A DNA stretch of 64,000 nucleotides from a virus. Below are positions 40,054 through 51,535 of the stretch, one piece after another. A program made the position numbers and the translations under genes. How positions within the stretch are numbered: position 1 is the first letter of the stretch; each line of letters starts with the position of its first letter. The notes beneath the pieces are model-generated. The model was given only the letters and a program-made list of their open reading frames with translations. It did no database searches and had not been told where the DNA came from. The stretch is from IMG/VR virus record IMGVR_UViG_3300016471_000863; one strand, written 5' to 3'.

Positions 40054-43000
40054 TTAAATTCCCCAATAGCTTTGGGCATATGTTTGTATTTTGGCAATGT
40101 CTTCGTCAGATATCGCATAACCTAACAATATAACTTCATATGCCGTGGTTTGTGCTCGTGTGCCAGCATTAACGTTTGTTCCTAACATAAATCTCTTTGT
40201 TACATTGCTGTATGCAGCCAAAGAAGCTGATGCCTGAGAAACTAATGTTCCATTTTCGTATACGTATATTCCTTCGCTGTTAACACGTTTAACAATACGA
40301 ACTCCTGGTGTTGTTGCTAATCCTGCAACATAGCTTTTTGTTCCAGAAATACTGGATCCATCATTGCTGTTTGCATCACCGCCCCAATTATTGGATGGAC
40401 CGGTTCTTAGTGCAAGGCTTCTGGAATTGCTACCGTCTGATGCAATATCAAATCTTGCCATGCCTCGATTCGCCTCCCACACGTCCATTTTGCCAATATA
40501 AATTATGGTCATATCGCTACTGGTTAAATTAATTCCTTGTAAATTTGTGTTTTGTAACCATGAATTTGCAAATTTTACTGCTGGTTTTCCATTTAGAGCC
40601 CCCGTAACCAGATATGTTGGATAACTGGTTGTTGTTAGTGTATTTCCTAAGCCAGATTGATCACCCCAAGAAACCATTTGTCCTGCGGTATTTATTCTAA
40701 TGCCGCCGTCTGCTTTATAATAACCATATTTTAGATTTAATAGATCGGGTGTCCAGCCCGCGCTAACACTATTGCTTGCAAATCTTATATTGACCAAGCC
40801 ATTACCAGATTTAACTCCAGCCCCCTCAACTAGTGAAGGTCTTGCAACGCCCGCAATATAATCTGGATCTGTGGTCATTGGAACTGTACTTACTGCTGCC
40901 CCGCTGACAGTTGCACCGGTTAAAGCTAACGTTGGGCTTATATATCCGCTGCCTCCACCGCCGCCGCTACCGGCATAATTATCGGCGCCACCGGCACCGC
41001 CGCCGAAATAACCACCACCACCACCACCACCAGAATAAACCGTAGTCAATGTTGAGGCACCATTTCCACCTTGTAGGGCAGCTCCGGACGTGCGTCCAGT
41101 ATTATATGAAGGGTGATTTGCTCCTGCTGCGCCACCAGCAGACTGAGTTCCGCCGCCGCCGCCGGTCGAGGAGCCGCCGTCAACCGTCGCAGAACCGCCT
41201 GCTCTACCTGATATGCCGCCGCCATTACCTCCGCCTGTTACCTCTCCTCTATTGGTGCCGCAGCCACCACCACCACCAGCAACAAGTATAGCATTTGCTT
41301 GTATGGCGGAAGTTCTAAAGAGAGCGGAAGCACCGCCTGCGGAGCTAGGAGTATATATAACATTCGAATTATTTGCTCTACCAACTAAGCCGCCGCCCCC
41401 GAAACCTCCAAGAGCACCAGAAACGTTTGTAAATCCAATCTGTCCGCCACCAGCAACCCAAATAACATAATTTGTTCCAGATACAAATCCAACAGAACCA
41501 GAAGTATAACCTCCGGCGCCGCCAGCAATATAACCACCACCTGCACCGCCCCACATTTTAACGCTACCAGTAAATGCATTTATAACACTCATGGTATAAG
41601 AACCAGTAGACGTTAAGCTAATGCCAGAAACAAGATCCGATCCAGAATATGTTGTAGTGATATTATTCGGGTCGGTTATTGTAATATATTGAATATCAAA
41701 TTCATCTGATGTGTCGTTAACGGTCACTATGTCACTCGTTGCCAATATTGATCCGATGTAACTCTCAGACCGAACTTGTAATATAATAGTTTCTGCACCC
41801 TCAGTTGCGAAATCGTTACTTAGATTTAAAGTAACTGAACCGGTTCCAGAGGTAGTTGCAAATGAACCTTGATTGGCTCCATTAGTAAAATCTGTTCCCG
41901 TAGTCGTTCCACTATTAGTCCAGTAGAATGTTCTATCAGCTCTTGATGTCGTAAATGTAAATGTTACAGAGGATCCTTCATCTACTGTCAAAGAACTTGC
42001 CGATAAAGCATATGAAGCACTAATGACATTTATTGAGAAGCTGGTGGCTACAATGGGTCCACTAAGTGAACCACTTCTGGCTTGCAATATTATAGTTTCA
42101 TTTTCCGCTAACATATCTTCTTGCAACGTTAATGTTATTGAACCAGTTCCAGAAGTTGTTACAAAGCTTCCGGAATTAGAATTATTAGCGAAGTCAGAGG
42201 CTGTTGTTGTGCCGCCATTGGTCCAATAAAAGGTTTCATCTGGACCTGTTGTGGTAAAATCAAAGGTTATACTATCGCCTTCAATTACACTTGCATTATT
42301 ACTAAACAATGCATACTGAGTAACAGAAGTATCGTTAATGTTTACAATATCGCTGGTAGCAACAACGCTTCCCCCAATGCTGCCGCTTCTAACTTGAAGA
42401 ACAATCGTTTCTGTGCCCTCTGTTAGAAGATCGTTTCTAATGGAAAGAGCAACTGAACCAGTTCCGGCAACTGTTGCAAAGCTACCAGTAGTCGTGTTTC
42501 CTACAAAGTCAGAAGCAACTGTTGTCCCAATATTTGACCAATAGAAGGTTTCATCTGGTCCGGAGGTTGTAAATGTAAATGTTACACTTCCTCCTTCATT
42601 AATGGAAGTAGATGATGGAGATATTGTATACTGTGTAAGAGACGTATCGTTAACAATGATGGCAGGTAGAATGGCTTTTGTTTCTCTAAGGGCACCAGAC
42701 ATTATTTGAAGAACAATCGTTTCTGAACCTTCGGTTAACAAATCCTGCTTTAATGCCAAACTAATAGAACCGGTGCCATTTGTCATTGTAAAGCTACCGC
42801 TATTGTGTCCATTGACAAAATCAGATCCAGTAGTGGTTCCGGTATTCTCCCAATAATATGTTCCGTCTGTTATGTTGGAAAAGATTGAGACAGAAAAGGA
42901 AGCATTCTCGCTGGCATTATTTGTTGCAATATTATAAGAACCAGATATTAAATTAATTTGATAGCTATAGTTGTCAATGATTGAGATATTTGAAGTGCGA

Positions 43001-46000
43001 CCTACTCTTGTTCCTACAAAACTTCCGGACGTTACAAGTATTCTAAATTTCTCAATAAAGCCAGTTTTAATAGAATATTCTACGTTCAAATCATCTTTAG
43101 TTGTTAGGGTAAAAGATCCAGTTCCAGCAACGGTCGCAAAGCTGCCGCTACTCAAGCCTTCAATAAAATCATTTGAGTTGGCAGCAGCAGTTCCGATCCC
43201 ACTTGGCGAATTTAATTGCCAATAAAACGTTTGATCAGGTGCATTGGTTGTAAGAGTAAATGTTACTGGAGAACCTTCATATACCGATAGCGTGGACGGC
43301 TCTAACTTAAAAGTAATTGGCGTTGGACCAGAACCGGTAATAACAACTTCATCACCAGAAGTATTGTTAACTGTTACTACAGGGCTGTATACTAATGCCT
43401 CCCCTCCCTCTGTGTCGGAAACTTTTATTGATATCGTTTCTTGAGGCTCTGCGAGATTATCTTCCAATAAGCTTAACTGCAAAGAACCCGTGCCATTTAG
43501 AGTTACAAAACTACCGGATGATATTTCTTCAATGAAATCATCTGCATTAGTTGTTCCTACATTCGCCCAATAGAACGTTTGGTCAGGTGCATTGGTGGTA
43601 AGAGTAAATATTATGGTATCTTCTTCGCCTATTAACAAAGAAGATGGCGTCATTTCGTATTGATAAGCAGAAGTGTCGTTAATGTCAACTGTAGCATATG
43701 CAAGAATATTTCCGCTATAGCTTCCACTTCTGATTTTAATATCAATCGTTTCTGTTCCTTCGGTTGTCAAATCTTCTACCGTAGTCAATACAATAGATCC
43801 AGTTCCAGAAGTTGTTACAAAGCTACCGCTCATTACATTCTCTACAAAATCAGAAGCCGTTGAGGTTCCATTATTTGTCCAATAAAAGGTTCCATCCGGA
43901 TCTTCCGTAACAAATGTAAATGTAACGCTTCCACCTTCATTTACATTAGAAACAGATGCATATAAGCCATAACGGTTAGTAATGAATACTATTGGACTTG
44001 ATGCCGCACCGGCAACTGCAAATCTAAATCGTTCTGGCGGTTCTGTAATCGTGTCATTTGCTACCGTTAGAGTTACTGATCCTGTTCCCGCTACGGTTGC
44101 AAAACTGCCACTATTAACATTTTCTATAAAATCAGAAGCTATAGGATAGGGATGAGTTCCGACGCCACCTCCTGGTATTAGGAATGTTACCGGATCTATA
44201 TACCAATCAAAAGTATCATCTGGACCTGTTGTTGTAAAGGTGAAGGTTATTGGATATCCTTCTCCTACATATAGTGATGATACGGCTACATTATAGGAAT
44301 TTGTTGAAGTATCATTAACAGTTACATTAGAGCTTGTTACAACGATATCACCGTCAAAGGAACCGCTTCTAAGTTGGAATATGATAGTTTCTGATCCCTC
44401 TGTTAGCAAATCTTCTTTTGTTGTTAGGGTTACGGAACCAGAACCATTTGCTACTATGAAACTACCACTATTTTGATTGCTTGTAAAATCAGACGCAATA
44501 GTTGTTCCACCGTTTGTCCAATAATAAGTTCCATCGGTATCTGTTGTTGTTACAGTAAACGTTACTGAACTTCCTTCATTGATATTAACAGCCGATGTGT
44601 TAATAACATATTGAGATACTGAAGTGTCTATTATTGATACTGCGGAACTATCAATGAGAGATTGATTTAGAGCATTTCTTACTCTAATACGTATTGTTTC
44701 TGTGCCCTCTGTTAAGCTATCTTCCTTTATGTTTAATGTAAGACTACCGGTGCCATTCACGGTTACAAAGCTACCGCTGTTAATATTTTCTACAAAGTCA
44801 GCAGCATTAGAAGTTCCTATATTTTCCCAGTTAAACGTTTCATCCACGCCAGAAGTTGTAAATGTAAACGTTATTGGAGAACCTTCACTTACAGGATTTG
44901 ATGAAGCGGTTATTATATACTGATTTGTAGAAGTATCTTCAACATATACATAAGAACTTACAGCTATCAGGGTTCCATTGCTGCTACCCGATCTAACTAA
45001 TATGCGTATATTCTCAGTATTCTCAGACAATATATCATTCTTAAGAGTAAAGACTATTGATCCAGTTCCAGATACAGTTGCAAAGCTGCCACTATTCAAA
45101 CCTTCAATAAAATCATATGAGTTGGTAGATCCATCATTAGACCAATAGAATGTTTCATCTGAACCCTCTGTTGTAAATGTAAACGTTACAGCAGAACCTT
45201 CGTTAATGTTTTCAGAGGAAGGAACAATCTTATAATAGTCGGAAATATATACGATTTCAGAAGAAGCTAAATCTGCCACATCGGAAACTTTAAATCTAAA
45301 TCTTTCTACCGGTTCAGTATATAGATCTTTGCTAACATTTAATGTCACAGAACCGGTGCCGCCAACAGTTATGAAACTGCCAGACGTAATACCCTCTACG
45401 AAATCAGAAGCCACAGGATAGGGATGAACTGCCTCACCGCCAATAATTGGAAATGTTACCGGATCTAAATACCAGTTAAAAGTTCCATCTGCTCCCGTAG
45501 TTGTAAAAGTAAAGATTATAGGCGATCCTTCAATAACGTTTGTAGAAGAGGCACTTACGGAATATTGCGTGGTTGATGTATCATTAATCGTTATAGACGT
45601 TGCAGCTACAACGTTTCCATCATAGTTATTTGTTCTAACCTGCAATATAAATGTCTCAATTCCTTCTGTAAGGATATCATTTTTGACATTAAGAACCAAT
45701 GAACCGGTTCCGGCTGTAGTAAAGAGTGAACCGCTACTGATATTCTGTATAAAATCAGAACTGTTTGTTGTTCCGGCTCCTGTCCAATATAACTCACCAT
45801 CAGGAGCAGTTGTGGTTATGGTAAAGCTTAACTGCGTTCCTTCATTAACTGTATTGGCACTTGAAGATATAAAATATTCGCCAATTGATGTATCGTTTAT
45901 AACAAGTATAGGACTTGAAGCCACTATGCTGCCGCTCGTGCTACCGGTTCGCACATGATATTGTATGGTTTCAGAGCCCTCAGTATATCTATCTGCAACC

Positions 46001-46365
46001 AATGACAATGTTACGGAACCCGATCCACCAACAGTTATGAAACTACCACTAATTGCATTTTGAACAAAATCCGACGCATTGGTAGTTCCGCTATTAGTCC
46101 AGTAGAATGTTGTATCTGGACCCGTTGTGGTAAATACGAAATCTATATTTGCTGGTTCATTTAATGCAATGTAGTTAGTAGTAAGATTATATACAATTAC
46201 CGGAGTACTTCCAAAAAATCTTTTTATTAAATCAAATTTAGTGTCGGCACCAACTAATCCAAATTTTCCATCATCAGAAACTTTTAATTTGCTTTTATTA
46301 TTTCTTTCATTCTCAAATGGAATTGGTTTTTTAATGTTTGGCATAAATTTGAACTTTATTTTCAA
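40054..46365 (-). CDS. Giant virion adhesin/fiber: about 14 Calx-beta/Ig-like repeats, Gly-rich domain and LamG-like C-terminus
   Basis: About 105-aa repeat Y...(V/I)NEGxx(V/I)TFTFTT...FYW...SDF...SGSF...GTGS...D..TEG.E; GGGGGGYFGGGAG Gly-rich block; WGDQSGLGN...LNGKPAVKF...YEVIL C-terminus. Confidence 0.85.
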   Translation of the reverse strand: MKIKFKFMPNIKKPIPFENERNNKSKLKVSDDGKFGLVGADTKFDLIKRFFGSTPVIVYNLTTNYIALNEPANIDFVFTTTGPDTTFYWTNSGTTNASDFVQNAISGSFITVGGSGSVTLSLVADRYTEGSETIQYHVRTGSTSGSIVASSPILVINDTSIGEYFISSSANTVNEGTQLSFTITTTAPDGELYWTGAGTTNSSDFIQNISSGSLFTTAGTGSLVLNVKNDILTEGIETFILQVRTNNYDGNVVAATSITINDTSTTQYSVSASSTNVIEGSPIIFTFTTTGADGTFNWYLDPVTFPIIGGEAVHPYPVASDFVEGITSGSFITVGGTGSVTLNVSKDLYTEPVERFRFKVSDVADLASSEIVYISDYYKIVPSSENINEGSAVTFTFTTEGSDETFYWSNDGSTNSYDFIEGLNSGSFATVSGTGSIVFTLKNDILSENTENIRILVRSGSSNGTLIAVSSYVYVEDTSTNQYIITASSNPVSEGSPITFTFTTSGVDETFNWENIGTSNAADFVENINSGSFVTVNGTGSLTLNIKEDSLTEGTETIRIRVRNALNQSLIDSSAVSIIDTSVSQYVINTSAVNINEGSSVTFTVTTTDTDGTYYWTNGGTTIASDFTSNQNSGSFIVANGSGSVTLTTKEDLLTEGSETIIFQLRSGSFDGDIVVTSSNVTVNDTSTNSYNVAVSSLYVGEGYPITFTFTTTGPDDTFDWYIDPVTFLIPGGGVGTHPYPIASDFIENVNSGSFATVAGTGSVTLTVANDTITEPPERFRFAVAGAASSPIVFITNRYGLYASVSNVNEGGSVTFTFVTEDPDGTFYWTNNGTSTASDFVENVMSGSFVTTSGTGSIVLTTVEDLTTEGTETIDIKIRSGSYSGNILAYATVDINDTSAYQYEMTPSSLLIGEEDTIIFTLTTNAPDQTFYWANVGTTNADDFIEEISSGSFVTLNGTGSLQLSLLEDNLAEPQETISIKVSDTEGGEALVYSPVVTVNNTSGDEVVITGSGPTPITFKLEPSTLSVYEGSPVTFTLTTNAPDQTFYWQLNSPSGIGTAAANSNDFIEGLSSGSFATVAGTGSFTLTTKDDLNVEYSIKTGFIEKFRILVTSGSFVGTRVGRTSNISIIDNYSYQINLISGSYNIATNNASENASFSVSIFSNITDGTYYWENTGTTTGSDFVNGHNSGSFTMTNGTGSISLALKQDLLTEGSETIVLQIMSGALRETKAILPAIIVNDTSLTQYTISPSSTSINEGGSVTFTFTTSGPDETFYWSNIGTTVASDFVGNTTTGSFATVAGTGSVALSIRNDLLTEGTETIVLQVRSGSIGGSVVATSDIVNINDTSVTQYALFSNNASVIEGDSITFDFTTTGPDETFYWTNGGTTTASDFANNSNSGSFVTTSGTGSITLTLQEDMLAENETIILQARSGSLSGPIVATSFSINVISASYALSASSLTVDEGSSVTFTFTTSRADRTFYWTNSGTTTGTDFTNGANQGSFATTSGTGSVTLNLSNDFATEGAETIILQVRSESYIGSILATSDIVTVNDTSDEFDIQYITITDPNNITTTYSGSDLVSGISLTSTGSYTMSVINAFTGSVKMWGGAGGGYIAGGAGGYTSGSVGFVSGTNYVIWVAGGGQIGFTNVSGALGGFGGGGLVGRANNSNVIYTPSSAGGASALFRTSAIQANAILVAGGGGGCGTNRGEVTGGGNGGGISGRAGGSATVDGGSSTGGGGGTQSAGGAAGANHPSYNTGRTSGAALQGGNGASTLTTVYSGGGGGGGYFGGGAGGADNYAGSGGGGGSGYISPTLALTGATVSGAAVSTVPMTTDPDYIAGVARPSLVEGAGVKSGNGLVNIRFASNSVSAGWTPDLLNLKYGYYKADGGIRINTAGQMVSWGDQSGLGNTLTTTSYPTYLVTGALNGKPAVKFANSWLQNTNLQGINLTSSDMTIIYIGKMDVWEANRGMARFDIASDGSNSRSLALRTGPSNNWGGDANSNDGSSISGTKSYVAGLATTPGVRIVKRVNSEGIYVYENGTLVSQASASLAAYSNVTKRFMLGTNVNAGTRAQTTAYEVILLGYAISDEDIAKIQTYAQSYWGI

Positions 46366-46554
46366 ATTTAATTATGATTAAATTATTAACTAATATTCGT
46401 TGATTATAAAATTTATTTTTAATAATAAATTTTCTTTATATTATTGCTTATTTTGTAATAATAATTTTCATAAAATTTAATTTGAAGATTTAACAAAGTG
46501 GAACCCTACCCATATAAGAGAGAAGAATATACTCTCTACTTAAGTTTAAATACA

Positions 46555-47661
46555 ATGAAAAGTTTATTAAAAGAATATATTGAACTCATTATTAAACAGG
46601 TTTTGTCTGAAGACATTGATATGTCTCGTTTGTCTCCATCTGTGGTCGGAGTGTATGCTTTTGCTCAAGCAATCAATAAGTTAATATATGAAGGCGAAGC
46701 CTTGCCGGGTGCCTCACCTATTGATATCATAGATGCACGTCGTGGACTTGGAGGACGAGGTGGTGGTCGTGGAGAAAATTGGGCACCAATGACAACCCCA
46801 ACCGAACAAAAAAAAGGTATGTCATTTCAATATAGCGGGAATAGCTTTAAACTTTATTTAGATCCAACTATTCCAACGCCCGTTATGAGTGCTGGAGATG
46901 AAAGCCATGATATCATGCACGCATTCACCGGTTATATAGCCAAAGCCTTTGGTAGACGCCGTGAAAGTGTTCTGAAAAGCAAAAAATACGATATCACTCC
47001 TTCACGTTTCAATAAAATTGTTCTTGATAAGAAGATGCGAGATAAAGTCAATAATGCATTTAAAAAAGAATTTGGCTTTTTACTTCCAAATGAAGTTTTC
47101 GAAAAGCCTTTTGAGCTCCGAGATGAGACAGAGTTCCGATATTGGTTTTTAGATCAATTTGAAAATAAAATGGGTGATATACGGATAGACGATAAAGAAA
47201 AGATAGCCAACCAGCTATATTATTCTATAATGCCATCTGATAAGTTTGCTCCGGGGCATATTGCAAGAAGATATTGGGCTCGTCGTCCTGAAAACAATCA
47301 AGAGCCGAACTTTAAAGATGCGACTACGTATAGCTATAGACCACTTGGATTTGATACCAGCCAAGTACCAGAGATTGCCTACAAACAATCATCTGAAGAT
47401 GAAGAAGAACTCGGTAATATAATGAGTGACAAGATAGGACAATATATCGCAAGTGGTGAGAAAATAGAAGACGTAAAAACAATTGTAGATGAAATAATGA
47501 ACAAATATAATGCATCAGTAGGATTAACTGGAATGTCACCTGAAGAATTTAAACGTCGCTGGAATACGCCAGAAGTTATTGCTTCAATGACTAGATTGTT
47601 TGAATTGTACAATTCATTGTTGTCCAATTATAAAAAAGCTATTAAAAAATCAACAACATAA
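46555..47661 (+). CDS. Leader-bearing hypothetical protein (HDxxH, possible zincin variant)
   Basis: Likely start MKSLLKEYIELIIKQVLSE at 46555 after TACTTA; ESHDIMHAF. Confidence 0.75.
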   Translation: MKSLLKEYIELIIKQVLSEDIDMSRLSPSVVGVYAFAQAINKLIYEGEALPGASPIDIIDARRGLGGRGGGRGENWAPMTTPTEQKKGMSFQYSGNSFKLYLDPTIPTPVMSAGDESHDIMHAFTGYIAKAFGRRRESVLKSKKYDITPSRFNKIVLDKKMRDKVNNAFKKEFGFLLPNEVFEKPFELRDETEFRYWFLDQFENKMGDIRIDDKEKIANQLYYSIMPSDKFAPGHIARRYWARRPENNQEPNFKDATTYSYRPLGFDTSQVPEIAYKQSSEDEEELGNIMSDKIGQYIASGEKIEDVKTIVDEIMNKYNASVGLTGMSPEEFKRRWNTPEVIASMTRLFELYNSLLSNYKKAIKKSTT

Positions 47662-47664
47662 ACA

Positions 47665-49503
47665 TTATATGATTGTTTTTATCCATAATCTTTGTCCTGC
47701 ATCATAAATTTTTACCAAACGTTTTTCTTGAGCGTATTGTTTTTCTGTTAACTTTCTTGAATCCATATTAGCCCTGCATGAAAGTCGATTGAATGTTTTT
47801 TTATAATTGGTCCATTTCCAACTTAGAACTTCTTTTGATATGAAGAAATTATAATTTTTAAGATGTTTGCCAGTACCATATCGTAGATCAACCCAATTGT
47901 GAATTTCGTTTATTTTAATATTATGAGTTTTGATAAGATTTTCGAGATGAGACAATAATTTTCCAAAACCACCAATAACATTAGTATTGATTTCACTACA
48001 AAATCTTTCTATCTTACATATTTGCTTATGAGGATATATTTTATAAGAAAGGATGCAAACTAGTCTTTCTTTTAAGTTGGTATCAAAAAAATAAAGACCA
48101 ATATGTTTGGCATTTCCTGGACCCATCATGTGATTTTTTTTCAAGAAACCATTAGCTTCGGTTTGAGCTATATCTTTTATTACACATTTTCTTGCATATA
48201 TTTTTTTTTCACTTTTTCCAAGTGCATTTTGAACTATTGATTTAATAATAGCTGGCGATTCTTCTAATTCGCTGGAATAAAATTGAAATAATCTTATATT
48301 TTTTTCTTCAAAATTTTTCCGGAGTTCGAAATGTGTTTCTTTTTTTCGAAACTCTTCTGAGTGCCAGTACAAACCATCTATGTTTAATGCAATGTTATCA
48401 GTTAACATAAAATCTGGTTTATAAGAAAGTTGAGTTTGAGGTATTGTTTTGTTCCAATGCGAAATTCCAAACATTTCTTGAATTTTAATTTCAAGACTGG
48501 TTTTATTTTTTTTAAACTCTTCAATAAAGAGTTCTAGATTATCAACGGTAATTTCTTGTTTATTTATATCCCGAAGCCAATTAATAACAGTAGTATATGA
48601 GGGATTATATTCATTTTCTGTCAAATATGATTTAATAGAAAGTTTTTTATCTGTTATTGCATATTTGACGAAATGGTTATCGAAAACCCTTTTTGGATGT
48701 TTTGAATTATTTCGAGATAGCCTTTCTGGGGTTTGAATAAAAAAATCTCCAATCACTTTATCAAAAAATTTTGCTGGTTTGGTCCAACCAATATAATTTT
48801 CTTTATCTAACGATAGATCTGTTCTATTTGGATCTGAAATACATTTTTTTAATGCTTCTTCATATGAAATAATATTTCCACTATGTTGTCTGGCGGCGAT
48901 AATTTTTTTTAAACTGTCTTTTTTTCCAACACTTTTATTATTGTAAACAAAATTTGCTTGCGCTGCCCATATGTTTCCTGTTTGTTTATTTTTAAACAAA
49001 CATTTTTTTGACCAACCATGAAATTCTAATATTTCTATAAATTCAAGATTAGCTTTATTAAAAAGTTCTTGAGCTTCTTCTTTTGTCTTTGGTCCTAATT
49101 GTTTTTTACGTCTTTCCGGATGCGCCGTATTTCTTTTCAAGACATTGCTAAAAATAGCTTCGAAAGATTTATTAACAACTTTATCAAAAAATAAAGCCTT
49201 TTTAGCTGTACCGTTATATTCTAACAAATCTAAATCTTGTCTTTTTTTTCCATCTGGTCCATGTAATTTATTTTTCGCTTCTTCTAAAGAATCAATTTGC
49301 GAATCAGATTTATTTTTTCTATATCGAATAAAATTACATGGTTTTGACCAGCTTTCTTTGTTTAGTCTTACGTTTAACACTCTGCATAGTTTATTCCAAC
49401 CATAATATTCCAATATAACAATATCTTCTCTTCCATTTGCATTAAGTTTTTCTTGAGCTTTTTGCTTTTCAATATTGTTTTCCATAAGATTGATTTTATC
49501 CAT
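47665..49503 (-). mobile_element. Free-standing Hef-like homing endonuclease
   Basis: YKPDF...IALNIDGLYWHS, IYARKC, FLKKNHMMG, RFCS...VIGGFGKLL, VDLRYG, IYDAGQ; N-terminal repeated (L/I)E(Y/F)xG(W/T) modules; antisense to the flanking genes. Confidence 0.85.
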
Positions 49504-49524
49504 TCAAAGAATATATTTAAATAT

Positions 49525-50208
49525 ATGGCTAGGTTATTTATAACAAACCGAGAAGTTCAATTTATAAACGATATAACAAAAGAGGTGATAAAAGATATTA
49601 TCGGGCAATATATCTATTATTATCCAATATCGACATTAAAGACGCAAGTTCATCCGATATATGATGAAGCCGTTGAAAAAATATTTGAAAATCCAATTAA
49701 GCTTGAAGTTTTAGCTGGTCAACCGGAATGGGAAGCTAAATCTAATCAATTTGGTTTTGAGCAAACTAGAAAAATAGAAATATATGTTCAAGTAAGAGAT
49801 TTGTTGGATAAAGGATTTACTGTATCTGAAGGAGATTATTTTGTTTACGGAGACATGCCCTATGAAATAATGACTGCGTTACAGATAAACAACATATACG
49901 GTCAAGTAGACTATGAAATAGGTTATAAGATATCTGCAAGACTAGCACGTAAAAATGAATTTAATGCTAATTTCTTTAAAAAGAAGATTATTGATAGCAA
50001 TCCAAATTTCGAAGAAACAGAAGTTCAGAAGACGTTTGAACAGCAGCGTGGTTTAGAGGCTAATGAAGCCGAGGGTCTTACGGGAGATGTTAGGCAGTTA
50101 CGAGAGCGTCTTGCCGATGATATGGCACCAATAGCTTTAGATGAAGGTCCAAGAAAAATAGTAATTGATGAATCAAATAAGAGTAATAAATTTTACGAGG
50201 ATGACTGA
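49525..50208 (+). CDS. Neck/head-closure protein (T4 gp14-like)
   Basis: Likely start MARLFIT at 49525; EVIKDIIGQYIYYY...IYDEA...FGFE...EGDYFVYG...YEI; first gene of the tail module. Confidence 0.7.
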   Translation: MARLFITNREVQFINDITKEVIKDIIGQYIYYYPISTLKTQVHPIYDEAVEKIFENPIKLEVLAGQPEWEAKSNQFGFEQTRKIEIYVQVRDLLDKGFTVSEGDYFVYGDMPYEIMTALQINNIYGQVDYEIGYKISARLARKNEFNANFFKKKIIDSNPNFEETEVQKTFEQQRGLEANEAEGLTGDVRQLRERLADDMAPIALDEGPRKIVIDESNKSNKFYEDD

Positions 50209-50224
50209 TTAACTATTTATTAAT

Positions 50225-51436
50225 ATGTCTAAGAATGTTACTCGACAAAACATACCGCAGGATCCGCAAAATCCTAAAGATCATTTAAATAGTGGCTATG
50301 AAGATTCGCCTTCGGATTTTGGAATTCCTGCATGTGGAATAGAAGATTGTGATTTTTCAATATTTAATTTATTTGACAAGACAATACCTTTTACAAAAAA
50401 GGTAATAGCTGCTTCTGCTGGTCCTGTTGAATTAAACAAGCCATTTGTTATATTGGCTACCGGCGAAAGATTTGCGATTGCTAAGAGACTTAAGCCTCCA
50501 AGAGACAAGCGAACGAAGAACTTAGTTCTTCCAGCAATATCAATAAGAAGAACAAGCATTGAGCAAACTTCAGATGACATTACAAGAAGAGGTATTAATC
50601 AATTTACTGGTAATTTAGTAATCAAGAGAAGACTAGATTCGCAGGATACATATTTTCAAAATATAATTAATAAACTTGGTTTACAAAATTTAGGTACAGA
50701 TTTTCCGGAGACAACGAGAAAGACTGGGGAATATAAAAATGAACCAGAGATTCGTCAGGGAGGTTTATTAACTCCGTATAATAATCAAAACATATTTGAA
50801 ATAATCAGTATTCCACAGCCGCAATTTTTTACTGCAACATATGAAGTGGTATTTTGGACAAGTTATACCCAGCACATGAATTATTTGATTGAAACTTTGA
50901 TGAGTTCTTATTTGCCACAAGGAAAAATGTGGAAACTGGAAACTGACAAAGGATATTGGTTTATGGGTCATTTTCAAGATCAATATCAAAACGGAGAAAA
51001 CATTGATGATTTTACCGAAACTGAAAGATTAATAAGATATAATTTTTCTATAAAAGTAAAAGGATATTTGTTGGCTCCGCAGGGAGCTTCTAATTTGGTT
51101 CCTGTTAGAAAATGGATTTCTGCACCCAATATTTCTTTTGAATCGATAGATTTCTCTTCTGAGATTTCTCCAAAGAGGACAATTGATAAACTAAAAGACG
51201 TTCCAAAGGAAAAATTTGTATTATCTGACATTGAAAGAGATCCGCAGACTGCTCAAACGCCTACTTATAATGAAAAATTACTTTATAAAAAAGAAGTAAT
51301 AAATCCAATAACTGGTAAAAAGCAGATTAAATATGCAAGAATTGTTGATTCGAACAGTAAAAAAGGAGAAACTGTATTTACGGCATCGGACATAAAAACA
51401 TTAGAGGAGTTTTTAGCTACTTATAAAACGCCCTAA
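50225..51436 (+). CDS. Tail completion/sheath-stabiliser protein (T4 gp15-like)
   Basis: GERFA...LVLPAISIRR...PQPQFFTATYEVVFWT...MNYLIE...FSIKVKGYL; directly upstream of the sheath genes. Confidence 0.7.
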   Translation: MSKNVTRQNIPQDPQNPKDHLNSGYEDSPSDFGIPACGIEDCDFSIFNLFDKTIPFTKKVIAASAGPVELNKPFVILATGERFAIAKRLKPPRDKRTKNLVLPAISIRRTSIEQTSDDITRRGINQFTGNLVIKRRLDSQDTYFQNIINKLGLQNLGTDFPETTRKTGEYKNEPEIRQGGLLTPYNNQNIFEIISIPQPQFFTATYEVVFWTSYTQHMNYLIETLMSSYLPQGKMWKLETDKGYWFMGHFQDQYQNGENIDDFTETERLIRYNFSIKVKGYLLAPQGASNLVPVRKWISAPNISFESIDFSSEISPKRTIDKLKDVPKEKFVLSDIERDPQTAQTPTYNEKLLYKKEVINPITGKKQIKYARIVDSNSKKGETVFTASDIKTLEEFLATYKTP

Positions 51437-51535
51437 AAAATAAAATAGAATATATATAGATTTCAGAATTTAGAAAAACTAATTACATTCTGAAGTGTTA
51501 AAGGCAGCAGCCAAATGCTCAAGTAAGAGGATAAA

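Noticed and set aside
46900-46930. HDIMH as an active zincin metalloprotease site
   Set aside because: The catalytic Glu of HExxH is Asp and no other zincin features were confidently recognised; left as a hypothetical protein
49453-49524. ORF-track TTG start of the neck gene overlapping the Hef-like gene
   Set aside because: The conserved-looking start MARLFIT at 49525 follows TATTTA; the upstream extension overlaps a divergent gene
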